Under the pieces are notes generated by a model, which was not told the DNA's origin, did not search any database, and saw only the letters and a list, made by a program, of their open reading frames with translations. Position numbers and translations under genes: made by a program. Shown here in pieces: positions 12,961 to 27,349 of a stretch of 64,000 nucleotides of DNA. The number at the start of each line of letters is the position of its first letter. Within the stretch, counting starts at the first letter, position 1. This stretch comes from Octopus sinensis. Its lineage: Eukaryota. Location: NCBI RefSeq assembly GCF_006345805.1, contig NC_043009.1, positions 27,776,001-27,840,000 of the forward strand. Direction: 5' to 3'.

Positions 12961-13204
12961 ATCCTTTGTCTTTGTTACTGTTCCATTCTTTATTACATAT
13001 TACATATTTATTACATATTTCTTCAAGTAACGGATCTCTTATTCTTGTATTTGAAAGTACAAAGCCAGGGGTTGGACTTGTTGACAAGATAAATGACAGT
13101 AATTTTGCAGCTCGTACTTGAGAGGCACAAATCTTTGTTTTCATTTATCAGAATCAGACTCTTATATATATAGACTAAAGTACTCAATACGTTAAAATGT
13201 AGCA

Positions 13205-14200
<996 letters not shown>

Positions 14201-14637
14201 ATTTTAACCCATTTTAAACCTTGTTCTAAATCTTAATCACAAGATACTAAGAGTAGAAACATCTATGTCTTCAGCAACACAAAAAATGTGTCGTTTTATG
14301 CTACATATTTTTTTCTCTTTAAAACATTTAAAATTTGTTGAGGCAAATTTATCTCTGAGCAGAGTCTCCTATAAATTAGATCAATATTTTAACAATGCAT
14401 AATCAATTTAATCTCCAAAAGATCTGTCAGATTAGTTATAGAATCATCCCTCCCGCCTTTTTTATAGTATTACTATCTCTTTCTGTTTTTCTTTAAATGT
14501 TTAACATTTATCAAAATTACATAGAAAATAATTATAGACAGTTCAAGACTATTTTAATAATAGAATTACATAGAAGAAATCTAAAAGAAATACAATAATA
14601 ATGATGGTGGCAATGGTGGTGGTAATAATAATAATAA

Positions 14638-14671
<34 letters not shown>

Positions 14672-17658
14672 TTAATGATAATAAAAATAATAACAACACC
14701 AGCGACAATAATCTTATAAAGTGTTGCAGATGTTTTATATTATTAATTTGGTTTAACCTTTAAAATGTGGATGCTAGTGTTTGTGCACAGAAATATATTT
14801 TACCATTTTTTCAGATTGTAACATCGAAATAACATATTTAAGTTTAACTGTTACTATTTTGAGAAACACACACTTTTATTAATGTATATTTGTTTAGCTA
14901 GAATTTTGGGGACAATGTTTTCCCCCAAAGAGTTTCTCGTAAGATACAACAGAATTACTTGCAGTAAATGTTTTCTTTAGAGTCTATTGCTAAAATTGCC
15001 AAAATATTCTGCTCAAAAGGAACTAGGAAGAGTGGTATCATATTCTCAGCAAATAATTGAACGAGGTAAAATCCCCAAGGAACCCCTGTGTGGGATTTAA
15101 ATCATGTAAAATAGAGAAACTTTTGTTTTACATCTGTTCTTCATCCAAATTATGTGAAAATATTAAACTAAAGGAGAGGAAAAAAATCTGTCAAATATTG
15201 TTGTCTTTTTTTTTTCCTGTGCTATTTCCAAAGTTTCCATGCTGAAATAATTAAATATTGCTTTGCTAACAGAACACACAACAAAAGTGAACTAGTTTAT
15301 TTGCTGGTTTGTTTATTTATTCTATTTATAAACAACCAAGTCATTATTGCAATGATACAGAAATAAAAATAGAACAGTTTAAACTAAAATCACTTAGTCT
15401 ATAGAATTTGAAGTAAAGATTTAATGCGACTGAAAATATTAGTGATTGCATGAAATTTTTATATAGAAATACAAATAAACATCAAATTAATTGCCGTATT
15501 AATTAGTGTTTGTCTCTTGTAGAATATTAGAGTGCATCTGTTATGGTTTAATTTTTTTCATAAGTGGTGCGTTTATGTTTGCATTTATGCATAATTACTT
15601 GTGTGTATGGGTGCATTTTGTGCATGTGTTGCAGCAATGTGTGTCTAGAGACATTTAACAGACCAGTTGTCAGTTTGGAAAGATAAATAAGCAATAAAAT
15701 TGATTAACAAATACATCTTCAGCTTTGACACGGTTTAACACAATTATACTAATTAGTTTTGAGTGCTTGAATTATTTATATAATTGTATGCAATATATTT
15801 ACTGTCTTTCATAAAATATATGTACCATAGCAAACAAAACTGTTTGCATAATGTATGCAAGGAGAATTGGTCGAATAAAATACAAAACAGATAAAATATT
15901 TTGACGCCATCACAAAATTGACTTAGTTGAAATTTTCTGCAGAAAATTGTCCATAAAATTCTTTCCCTTGTTAAAGACTGTGAACTGCTAAAGAACAATG
16001 CCTTTGATCTCACGAGAGACTAGAAAATGGAAAATAAAGTGGAAGATACTAGGAGTGGCCAAAATCTATCTCAAAAGAGAGACGAGGCAATATCTCTGCA
16101 ACTAATTGACCTGAAATTCTGTGTACTACTCCATTAAATAAAGAAAAAAAGGCAAAAAAGAAACTAGAGAAATTCAAATATCAAACACAAAAATAGAGGA
16201 TTGTTTTAATATCATCTGAGAAACTAAACTGAAGGAAATGAGAAAGGAGATAATTGCTAATGGGTTAGACAATTCTAAAGATATATATGTTGACATGGAA
16301 ATTTCCTATAGAACATTCCTTAATATATTGAAATCTTTCAAAGACATGGAAGAGAAAGATTCAAATAGCAAAACAGACTGTTGAGATGTTCGTGATGTTC
16401 TTACCAAAATAAAAAAATTGAATTAGTTGTATGTTGGGAGGGTTGTTATGCTAATAATAAATATATGCATTGATTCTATTTCACTTCTTTTATCACCATC
16501 ATTATTAATTAACTAACTGGCTAACTAGTTGACTAATAATACTAAAAGAAGTAAAACAGAACCAGTGTGTGTGTGTGTGCAAACCAAATACAAAACTGAA
16601 ATAAAAAAAAGAAATGTAATTGAAATAAAATTGTTGTAGCCAGGAAATGAAACAGGTTTCCCAGATTACTCTGTGATATTTACTACTAAAATACACGTGA
16701 CACATAGTATATTAAAGTGTTTTTTCTGATACAAACAGACTGTTTGTTTCATCTCTCCAGGAAAGTTATATTTAGATCAAAGTGTATGTGTGTGTGTGTG
16801 TGTGTTTGTGCCTGTGTACTCCCCAAAGTTTTCCGTTGCGGTTAGTGTTAAATTACCTCTTGAAATTATGTTCTATGCTGATGTTTCTATTGACTGCCGT
16901 CATGAAACCACTTATTTTTCTTGTTTCCAAACATGTGTTACTCATTTACAAATAGAAAAATGTAACAACGTGAGAAAAACAAAAAAACTATTGATATTCC
17001 AGGAATATGGTTCATGAATGACTGGTTCAAGTCCTGTTAAAGGCAGTGAATTATATTTTGAAAGGAATGAAAAAACAAAGAGAAACTTTATTTTGCCTAA
17101 TTTGTTTCATTTTGAAAATAAGGATCATTTCCACCTGTTTTTTTGCCAAATTTCCAAGTTTCCTGCATTGAGAAAATTTTCTTTCCTTTGCATGTATTAA
17201 TCAACTACGGATTGACTTTTTGAACATTCTGTATACTCTTTTTATGATTCTTTTTATGCATTTGTCTTCTTCCAATTAAAGAAAATTTGTTGAAAATCTG
17301 TGGGAGTTCCTGGAGTGAGAGAATTATCCAGGAGATTGAAAGAATAAAAGGAATGTTACATGGAAGAATAAATAAGGCCGGGTCAAATTGCTGTAAAATG
17401 GAATTGGTAGTGAATTGTTGAAGTTAGATAATTAAAGGCAGAAGTCATCGTATATAGTGGAAAAAGAAAAACACAAGATAGAACCATTTTGTATGTCTAT
17501 GAGCATAGATCTCTTCTGACTGTTTAATGCAGTAGAGGCGCTTATAGAATTGGCATGGAAAAGCAGGAGACAAATGTATGCAGACATGTTGCGTGAAAGA
17601 GATGTAATTAAGTCTTTGTCATTTATCGCATCAAAATACCAGCATATTATATGTAGGG

Positions 17659-17696
<38 letters not shown>

Positions 17697-17700
<4 letters not shown>

Positions 17701-17784
17701 ATCCAAACGAGAAAACACAGAAAAAACACAGAAAAAAACACAGCAACGCGAGGACGTGGAACAATTAAAGTATTATTTGACGCT
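17697..17784. mobile_element. Truncated copy of (TA)n-anchored family G element (hammerhead-like part absent)
   Basis: GTTAATCCAAAC...AACACAGCAACGCGAGGACGTGGAACAA matches 54469-54540. It starts directly after (TA)n and is cut by the family A SINE. Confidence 0.75.
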
Positions 17785-17786
17785 TG

Positions 17787-17948
17787 GCACAGGAGTGGTT
17801 GTGTGGTAAGTAGCTTGCTTACCAACCACATGGTTCTGGGTTCAGTCCCACTGTGAGGCACCTTGGGCAAGTGTCTGCTACTGTAGCCATGGGGGCTGAC
17901 CAAAGCCTTGTGAGTGGATTTGGTAGATGGAAACTGGAAGAAGCCTGT

Positions 17949-18001
<53 letters not shown>

Positions 18002-18300
18002 ATCTAGGGGGAGAATTCACAAAAAACAAAAGACGAAGATAGGTGGTGTAGACAACAAACATATATATATATATATCTATGTATGTGTGTGTATTTGTTT
18101 GTGCATCTGTGTTTATCCACCCAACATCGTTTGACAACCAATGCTGGAGTGTTTACACCTCCGTAACGTTGTGGTTCGGCAAAAGAGACCGATAGAATTA
18201 AATACTAGGCTTACAAAGAATAAGCTCTGGGGGCGATTTGCTCAACTAAAGGCGATGCTCCAGCATGGCCACAGTCAGGTAACTGAAACAAGTAAAAGAG
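17787..18300 (+). mobile_element. SINE family A (tRNA-like head + CORE-like domain), full length, with a family H fragment (18005-18060) in its internal (TA)n
   Basis: GGAGTGGTTGTGTGGTAAG (A box), GGTTCAGTCCC (B box), CACCTTGGGCAAGT (MIR-CORE-like), tail ACTGAAACAAGTAAAAGAG. Confidence 0.92.
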
Positions 18301-18307
18301 TAAAATA

Positions 18308-18314
<7 letters not shown>

Positions 18315-18340
<26 letters not shown>

Positions 18341-18469
18341 ATATGTATGTATATATATGTATGTATGTATGTATGTGTGTGTATGCATGTATGTATACAT
18401 AGGAACTGTCACATCACTTAGTATATGTATTCTCAGACTGAATGAAATATGTATGTATATATGTATGTA

Positions 18470-18500
<31 letters not shown>

Positions 18501-18695
18501 GTGTGCATGTATGTATACATAGAAACTGTCACATCACTTAGTATATGTATTCTCAGACTGAATGAAATATGTATGTATGTATGTATATATGTATGTATAT
18601 ATATGTATGTATGTATGTATGTGTGTGCATGCATGTATGTATACATAGGAACTGTCACATCACTTAGTATATGTATTCACAGACTGAATGAAATA
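18315..18695. repeat. Tandem triplication of a ~120-126 bp unit (microsatellite + 50-bp unique core)
   Basis: AACTGTCACATCACTTAGTATATGTATTC(T/A)CAGACTGAATGAAAT occurs three times (~18403, 18523, 18650). Confidence 0.95.
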
Positions 18696-19254
18696 AAGGA
18701 CTTTAAATAATCACCTGAGAAGGCACATTTTATACCTTGGAAAAAGGATAATGGTTGCACATCCCATCAATGTACTATGGGTGTAAAAATGAGTAAAAAA
18801 AATTGTAGCGATTTAAAATAAAGAATTTCCTTCATTCCATTTTCTATCATTCATCCATTTAAATAAACTCTACTGACACCATGGAATTCTTGTTATATAT
18901 CCAGTAGCAGGAGCATTTCTACTGCCTGATGGCCTCAAGTAGCCACTAGCTGTGGAAGAGCTTTACATAACATACTGCATGAACTATGTATGCCTCAATT
19001 ATATATGTATGAACTATATGAATGGTGCGATGGGTCGAGCAAGTGAGAATAAGTTTAGGGAATGAATAGGAGGAGTCTGGAAGACGAGTAGGAATGTAAC
19101 AAGTGAATTAGGAATTTAACATGTAGCAGTGTCATTTGTGAATTGGAATTTTTTGAAGTACCGTACTAGAATCCTATTAAGACAAGTTATTATCTGTTAT
19201 CGGATAATTTTTTTTATATTTTATTTCCAATCTGCCATGTTGAATGATCTTCAG

Positions 19255-19334
19255 GCCAACGTCTCGTTCAGAGGAGTACAATTGACAGACAAAAAGTTTT
19301 GGCACTGGCTGATATCAATTTCAAACTATACAGG
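19255..19334 (+). CDS. Candidate internal exon, unknown protein
   Basis: T-rich tract then ...GATCTTCAG| and CAGG|GTAGGT. Two frames are open (-QRLVQRSTIDRQKVLALADINFKLYR or ANVSFRGVQLTDKKFWHWLISISNYT). No homolog recognised. Confidence 0.25.
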
Positions 19335-19379
19335 GTAGGTTATCGAATCTGTCAGATTGATAGAATGTCTTACAAGTGA

Positions 19380-19930
19380 TCACATTATGTTTATCATCAT
19401 CATCATCATTGTCATCGTCGTCAGCGTCGTTGTCATTGGCATCATCATTATAATCATCGTCCCCACTGTCATCACCATCATTACCATCATCATCATCATC
19501 ATCATCACCATCATCACCTTCATCATCATCACCATCATCATCATCATCACCATCATCATTATCATCGCTTTCGTTATTGTTGTCGTCATCGTCATTACCA
19601 CCACCGCCACCACCACCACAACTGCAACACCATCGTCATCGTTATCATCATCATCATCATTGTCATCATCATTATAATCATCATCATCATCATCATCAGT
19701 ATTATTGCCTTTGATTGCAAGTCTATTTTATATTGTTTGATGTTGTTGTTGTTGTCACCTTCATTGTCTATGAGTGGCAATCACATGCAAATTGACAATC
19801 ATCATCTTTAACATTACCATAGCAGTTGTCATATCATCATCACCATCATCATCACCACCACCACCAGCACATCATCATCATCATCATTATCATTATCATC
19901 ATCAAAATCATCAGCCTCACAGTTGTAGTG
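19380..19930. repeat. (CAT)n/(CAC)n low-complexity block
   Basis: Directly visible; source of the poly-I, poly-M and poly-S ORFs. Confidence 0.95.
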
Positions 19931-20002
19931 GTAGTTAATGCAACTTCCTGCACAAAGAAATTTTCATAACCGTCACTATCCTTGCTATATTCATCGTCAC
20001 CA

Positions 20003-20087
<85 letters not shown>

Positions 20088-20831
20088 ATCTATCTATCTA
20101 TAATGTGTAATTTCAGTTTGAATTCTAGCACAGCATTAATACTCCTTGTGTATTTCTATATATCTGAAGACATATATGGGAATGTACAGAGTTTTGTTTG
20201 GTTGCAGCCTACAGTTAGGTAGGTAACAGAAGCGGTATACATATGAGTGTGAGTGTGTTTGTGTGTGTGTGAGTGTATGTGTATGTGCGTGTGTGGTATG
20301 TGTGTGTATGTGTGTTTTTGGACATGTATGTATGTGTGTTTTTGTGTACTGTTGTACACATCACTTAATTGTAGTAAATGAGTGCCATTGTCATACAAAC
20401 AATGTTGTTTGTCTCCAGTCTTTAGTGAAAATCACATCTGAGCATGGGAGAAAATATTGTCTGACTCGAAAACTGGCACAGGTTGGTGACAGGAAGGGTA
20501 TCCAGCTGTAGGAAACCTGCCTCAACAAATTCCTGTCTGACTTATGCAAGCATGAAAAAGGGGATGCTAAAACAATGGTGATGACAACGATGATGATGGT
20601 GATGAAGATGATGAGATAATGAGGAGGAGGATAGAGAAAATGGTGTATATGTATATATATATACCTGTATATACAAACACAGTGGTGTGTGTGTAGACAC
20701 ATGCACACACACATACATGCACACATGTGTATATGCATATATATGTGCATATATGTATGTTTAAAAGTTTGGATGGTCATTGAAGTTTCTCTCATAAACA
20801 ATTCCCATTGTTTTTGATATCTTTATTGCAG

Positions 20832-20926
20832 AGCCTAAGTGGTTTACACTTCAAAAGCAGCAAGAATACAAGAATGCTCTTGATATTAAAGACAGTTACC
20901 AACAGCAGAAGAGGAAATCTCTTTGA
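20832..20926 (+). CDS. Candidate terminal coding exon, unknown protein
   Basis: Acceptor GATATCTTTATTGCAG|. Phase-1 frame reads (E)PKWFTLQKQQEYKNALDIKDSYQQQKRKSL* (TGA 20924-20926), a protein-like composition. No homolog recognised. Confidence 0.25.
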
Positions 20927-22139
20927 AAGGCTACTAAAGTTGTTTTAAGTAATTGTAACTACTTCATAATGAATACAAAGGTTTCTCATGTACAAAAGGT
21001 TAAAATGGCAAAGGAAAGAAATCATAAACAACAACGAGGAATATATCTGTGCTTTCGGCCAAATACAGATGCAGCTCAAAAGTTATAGGAATCTTGTAAA
21101 TACAGGTTAACTGTGGATTGGTTGAATTGTAGGAATATTGGCAAAAAAAAAAACACCTTTTGATGTTTCTTTCAGCATTTTATGTTCTGAGTACAATTGC
21201 TACTGAAGTTGACTCTATCTTTCATCCATTTTTTCTTGCGGCATTCAATGAAATGAGTAACAGTGCAAGTCTGCAAGTGGAGTTCCCACCTCAAAAATTG
21301 CTGGCCTTGTGCCCAAATTAGGAAGTTTTATTATTAGAGAGCGACAGGCATGGCTGTAGAGTTAAGAAGTTTGCTGTCCATTCACATGGCCTTGGGTTCA
21401 GCCTCTCTGCTTGGCACCTTGAGTAAGTGTTTTCCTACAATAGTTCCAGGCCTGCCAAAACTTTGTGAGTGAGTTTGATTGACAGAAGGTGAAAGAAGCC
21501 TATCATGTATATAGATTACATATATCATATATATCATCATCGATTAACGTCCGTTTTCCATGCTGGCATGGGTTGGACGGTTTGACTGGGGACTGGAAAT
21601 CCAGGAGGCTGCACCAGGCTCTAATCTCATCTGGCAAGGTTTCTACAGCTGGATACTCTTCCACCATGATGGAGTGGAAACGGTTATGTAGGAGTACAGG
21701 GATACTGTGAATACCATTCTCACTGCCCTAATATTTCTTTCCCACAATGCAACATACCCAGTCCTGAGAAAGTGAAGAACTGAGCCCAGGATCTCAGTAT
21801 TTGATAGTTGCTTTGTTTTATTGACTCCAGAATGAATAAAAGCAAATTAACAGTAACAGGATTTGAACACAGAATGCAAAGAGCTGAAATAAATACCACA
21901 AACTCTCATGTCTTGGCCAAACGGTTGCCTTGGATTAAGTCTACAAATTTTGTTATAGACTTCATCATTTTCTGTTTTTAGTTTACAAACAAAGACAGTT
22001 TGCTTCACTGATGTTACTAATACACTTGTGATAAGAACTTTAACATTACATCACACTATACACACACACACACACACACACATGCATACAAACACACACA
22101 TACATATGCACACATACAGGTACACACACATATATATAT

Positions 22140-23022
22140 TCATTTATCATCTAGAAATCTAACACATTATCACTGTAATGATCATCAACATTATCATCAT
22201 CATCTTCATCGTCGTCATCGCCGTCATCCTCATCAGCATCATTACCAACGCCGTCATCATTGTCATAATCACCATCATCACAATTGTCAACATATTTATC
22301 ATCATACTTATCATTACCAACATCATCCTTGTGATATTCCTCCTCCTCCTCCTCATCGTCGTCATCGTCGTCGTCGTCATCGTCGTCATCATCATCGTCA
22401 TCATCATCATCATCCTTATCGTCCTTTTTCTCCTCAAAGTCGTCATCAGTTATGGAAATGTTTATTGTATTTTTACTCTTTATTGTCATAAACATCTTAT
22501 CATTCTCACCATCTTAGAAATATTATCTCTTCTAACTGTTACCACCACCGCCACTCCCTCCTCCCCACAACAACAACAACGACAACAACAACAGTGGCAA
22601 TATATTCAATTTTGCTATCGCAACTTCTCTCAACAAATCTCACCCACCCCACCCTTATTACTAATGGAAAGAAGAAGAGAAAATGAAAGTAAAATAAAGA
22701 AAGAAAATGGAGGGAAAAAAAAGCTGATCAGTAAAATTTCCGATAAACTTCTCGCTTCAAATTACGGACCATTGGTATCTCGTTTTGGGTTTGAACTCAG
22801 TAAAGTGAAACACTGTTTGATAAAGTTCTGCTGTCCTCATCGCCATCATCATTATTACCGCCACCATCACCATCAATCGTTATCATCATCATCATCATCA
22901 TCATCGTCGGTGTTGGCGTCATTGTCATCATCATTACCATGAGCATCATCATCACTACCATCATTATCATTGTTATCATCTTCATCGCCACCACCACCAT
23001 CATCGTTACTTTATTGTTGCTG

Positions 23023-23053
<31 letters not shown>

Positions 23054-23180
23054 TGTCATCATCATTGGCCTCATCATTGTCATCATCACTGCCATCATCG
23101 TTATTATCCTCATCACCATCATTAACGTTGTCCTCCTCCTCCACATTATCATCATCATCGTCATCCTCCTCCTCGACATT
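22140..23180. repeat. (CAT)n/(CGT)n/(CCT)n low-complexity blocks
   Basis: Directly visible; the poly-D and poly-I ORFs derive from it. Confidence 0.93.
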
Positions 23181-23819
23181 GTTAGAAGTGTATACCAGCA
23201 TATATAGATCTATATATATAAGTATTTGGAATATCTGTAAACGTTCTAATGAAGTATGTGAGGCAGGGTCAATTATAAAGTCTCGTTAGAGTGTATTATC
23301 GGAACGAGCAGAGAGCAGAAATACACAAATACCATTTCCATTGGGAATAATATATTGGCGCTCTGACAGCAACAGATATGTAGTTGTTAAGCAGATAAAA
23401 ATGACGATGATGATAATCATGACAATGACGCCGCTGACGCCAAGGCCGACAATGATGTCGAGGGTGATGTAGAGGAGGAGATGGAGGCATTGAAGCAGGG
23501 CTATGATTGTGTCTGTTAGTTATGGGCAATCAAAATGGTCAAAATACTGTTGATAATGACAACATCAGTTAAGTCAGAACTTATTTCAACTAATAAAGGC
23601 TTGGTGGGTGGGGATTAGTGGTAAGAGTGTTGAGTTTGTAATCATAAACTGTGAGTTCAATTCCTAGAACAGGCAGTGTAGTAGTGTATTGTGTTGTTCC
23701 AGTCTAATTAGATGCAATGAGAACAAGCTAAGTACTGAGACAGATCATTATCTCTTCGGTTCTCCCATCCTTAAATTTCCATTGGATCAAGTTTTGGGGG
23801 GCTGTGTGATCAAGGACAT

Positions 23820-24030
23820 GTATATTCTTTTACTTGTTTTAGTCATTTGACTGCAACCATGCCAGAGCACTACCTCTAGTCAAACAAACCAACCCCAGGA
23901 CTTATTCTTTGTAAGCCTAGTACTTATTCTATCGGTCTTTTTTTTCTGAACTGCTAAGTTACGGGGATGTAAACACACCAACATCAGTTGTCAAAGCGAT
24001 GGCAGGGGAACAAACACAGATACACAAACA
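23820..24030 (-). mobile_element. SINE family A, 3' half
   Basis: CTTTTACTTGTTTTAGTCATTTGACTGC ... CTTATTCTTTGTAAGCCTAGTACTTATTCTATCGGTC. Confidence 0.88.
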
Positions 24031-24057
24031 TATACATATATTTATGTATGTATACAC

Positions 24058-24109
<52 letters not shown>

Positions 24110-24117
24110 CACATATA

Positions 24118-24185
<68 letters not shown>

Positions 24186-24339
24186 CACATATATATATAT
24201 ATATACTTTTATATATATGTAAAACTGTAGATTCTAAAAACTAAAAGATTCATAAAAAGCTAAAACACTTTTTTAGAAAAAGTATTACATCATAAAAGTA
24301 AACTGAATGACATTTAAGAAAACTTATTTTTGAAATTAA

Positions 24340-24430
24340 AATACGATGTCATCCTGGACAACACAGCCAGGACTGTTTTTTGGAAAAACTGAATGAGTCC
24401 CAGGAAACCCAGGATGTCTGAATGCCCTAC
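24340..24430. mobile_element. Terminal fragment of a hAT-like DNA transposon
   Basis: Reverse complement GTAGGGCATTCAGACATCCTGGGTTTCCTGGGAC resembles TAGGGTGACCAGACGTCCCG-type hAT termini with subterminal GGGAC/GTCC repeats (recalled, not searched). Confidence 0.45.
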
Positions 24431-24649
24431 AAAGGCCAACACTTTGAAGTAGGTACAGCTACATGATCAAGCCTGACTCACAAAAACAAAGATTGTTTGT
24501 TCCACAGCAATATTATCAATGATGTTAATGGCAGTAATATCAATGCGTATTTCTAATTGTGATAACGAGAAGGATAATTTTTGTAATTTTTCATGGTGAT
24601 TATATGATTGCTAGCGATATTATTATTGAATAATGTTAGTCATCTTTGC

Positions 24650-24788
24650 TTAAGTAGGTCTAAAGTGGGGGATGGTGGTGAAAATCCCTCTTTCAGGTAT
24701 GCTTATGTCTGATGGGGGTGATGATGCTGATGATAGCAGTGAGAATAGTAATGATAATGGGGGTGGTGAAGTGGTTATTGTGTTTTTG

Positions 24789-24822
<34 letters not shown>

Positions 24823-25570
24823 TAGTGGTTGTCACAATGATAAAGAAGATAGTTAAGGCGATGGTGGTGGTGGAGGCAGGTTTTGTAATGAGGATAGTTA
24901 TGGTGGTTGTGATGATAGCTATGGTGATGGTGATGGGGATGATGATGTTATTGATGTTATTGTGGTAATGACAATAATTATGGTGATGGTGGTGGTGTTG
25001 GCGGTGCCAGTGGTGGTTGGGTGGTGTCAGTGTTTGCAGTGGTTGTTGTTGTTGCAGTGGTGGTGGTGATTGTAACAGTTATGTCAGTTGTGGTAGAGGG
25101 TGGTGGCAGTGGTTATGATAATGGTAGCTATTAAGGTGATAGTGGTGATGATGTTGGTGCTATTGTTGTTTGTGCTCATGGTGATGGTGGTGGTGGTGGT
25201 GGTGGTGGTGAGGGCAGTGGAGGAAGTGGTGGTGATGATGGAGGTAATAGTTAAAGTTGGTAGTCATAGCAGTTACTGTGCAGACAATCAGACGTGATGA
25301 TTGTTATGATACCACCACCACCACCACTGCCACCACAACCACTGACACCAAAATGACAACCACCACTGCCACCACAACCACTGACACCACAATGCCAACC
25401 ACCACATCCACCATCACCATAACCACCACCATAACCACTGCCACCACCGCAACCACTACCACCACAACCACCACCACCACCACAAACATCACTACCAATG
25501 CCATGACGATGACCACCACCACCACCAATATACCCACCCTCAGCAGCATCCCTATTGTAACACCACAATC
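24650..25570. repeat. (GGT/GAT)n block followed by complementary (ACC/CAC)n block
   Basis: Strand polarity switches near 25260-25300; includes a duplicated 39-bp unit ACCACCACTGCCACCACAACCACTGACACCA. Confidence 0.9.
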
Positions 25571-26372
25571 ACCACAACTTGCAGTAAGCCCTTCTTTGTC
25601 TCCTCCCCATCGCCCATCTCCTTCCCTGACACCTCTGCTCTCCTGCAACGTAGTGACCACCATTGCTTATTTTTATGTATTTTAAGAAAGCATTGCAAAA
25701 AGTCTCTTGCTGTTAGAACAAGCGAGAGAGAGAGAGAGAGAGGAGAGAGACAGAGAGAAATAGAGAAAGAGAGAGAGAGAGAGAGGGAGATAGGGAGAGG
25801 GGGAGAGAGAACTGATACTTTTGTCTAGTCATAAATCTAGTTTATTTCGTTAGGTAATAAAACAATGCTATACGTTATTGATCTGTGTGTTTAGGGAGGA
25901 GATGCGAGGGGGTGGTGGTCGTGGGAGGAAGGGAGACGTCAGTGCGAAGATCAATCAGTAACAGGATAAATAAAGCAAACAAACACAGGAAATGTTGTTT
26001 ATACATACATACATCAGCATGCATGCACACACATGTATAAACACACACACACACACACACACACATACATAAATATACACATATACATATATGCACACAC
26101 ACGCACACATACACACACATATGTATATACATATGTATAGTGTACATATGTGTGTGTATGAGTATGTATATAAGTGTGTGTGTGTGTATATATATATACA
26201 CACACACATATATATACCTATATATATGTATATATATATATACACACACACACATATATAAGTATATATATATATACATACATACACACACACATATATA
26301 TGTCTCTATATATTATGCATATATATACATATATATATGCATGTATATACATATATATATACATACATGTAT

Positions 26373-26441
<69 letters not shown>

Positions 26442-27100
26442 TATATATAGATATATATACATGTATATACATACATACATATATATATACATATATATAT
26501 ATAAATACATGCACATGCATACATACACACGCATATAGATGTCTAGGTTGGCGTTTCTATTTTAAATGTCCGGCCTCCTAGTTCATCAAATAAAATAGAC
26601 ACAAAATAAATGCTGATGACAAAAGTACCCATCAAACAGCAACAAATTTTGGTAGACTGGTGGAGGAGGAACACTTAGTTTTGAGCTTTCTGCAGCAGCG
26701 GATAAATTCTTGAAGCTTAACTGATGATCATAAAAAGGGGCATCATAAAATTATATTTGGATAAAATTATTGCCTCGTAAGAATATTATGTTTAGTTATT
26801 TATATATTTGTATAAATGGTCAACCCTATCAAAAAGGAAAAAAAAATGTGCATATATAAATGTCGTTTTGTTTTTGTATTCTTCTACGTAGGTTTGTGAC
26901 CATACTGGAGCATTTCTCTTTGAAGGTCTGTTTAATCTTTAAGTTTGGATTGCATTGATCCTGGGACCTAGTCTATCGAGTCTCCATATGCTGAACTGTC
27001 AAGATGTAAACAAGAGGTGTAAACAAACCTACACTGGGTGTCAGGAGATGGAGGAAAGATAACATGAAGATACATACATGTACACACACACGCATACATG

Positions 27101-27136
<36 letters not shown>

Positions 27137-27349
27137 TACATATGTAGATGTGGAACAGTTAATCCCTGCACAATTTTTTCATCTCTCTATATTTTTGTTC
27201 AATATTTTTCCTGTCTGTCAAAGAGGTTTGAAACATCAATGACTTTTCCATTCTTCCTGAGTGTCAAACTAATACACCTGCTTGTCGTTCCTTCCCCTGT
27301 TTTGTCTTTTGTTTTCTGTAAATTTGAACGATATATATATATATATATA

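Noticed and set aside
17787-17860. tRNA-like A/B boxes here and at 5040, 23610, 38625, 48470 and 61913
   Set aside because: No complete cloverleaf, and each runs into a SINE body, so these are SINE heads rather than tRNA genes.
24388-24420. CTGAATGAGTCCCAGGAAAC, superficially hammerhead-like
   Set aside because: No stem II pairing; better explained as subterminal GTCCC/GGGAC repeats of a hAT-like end.
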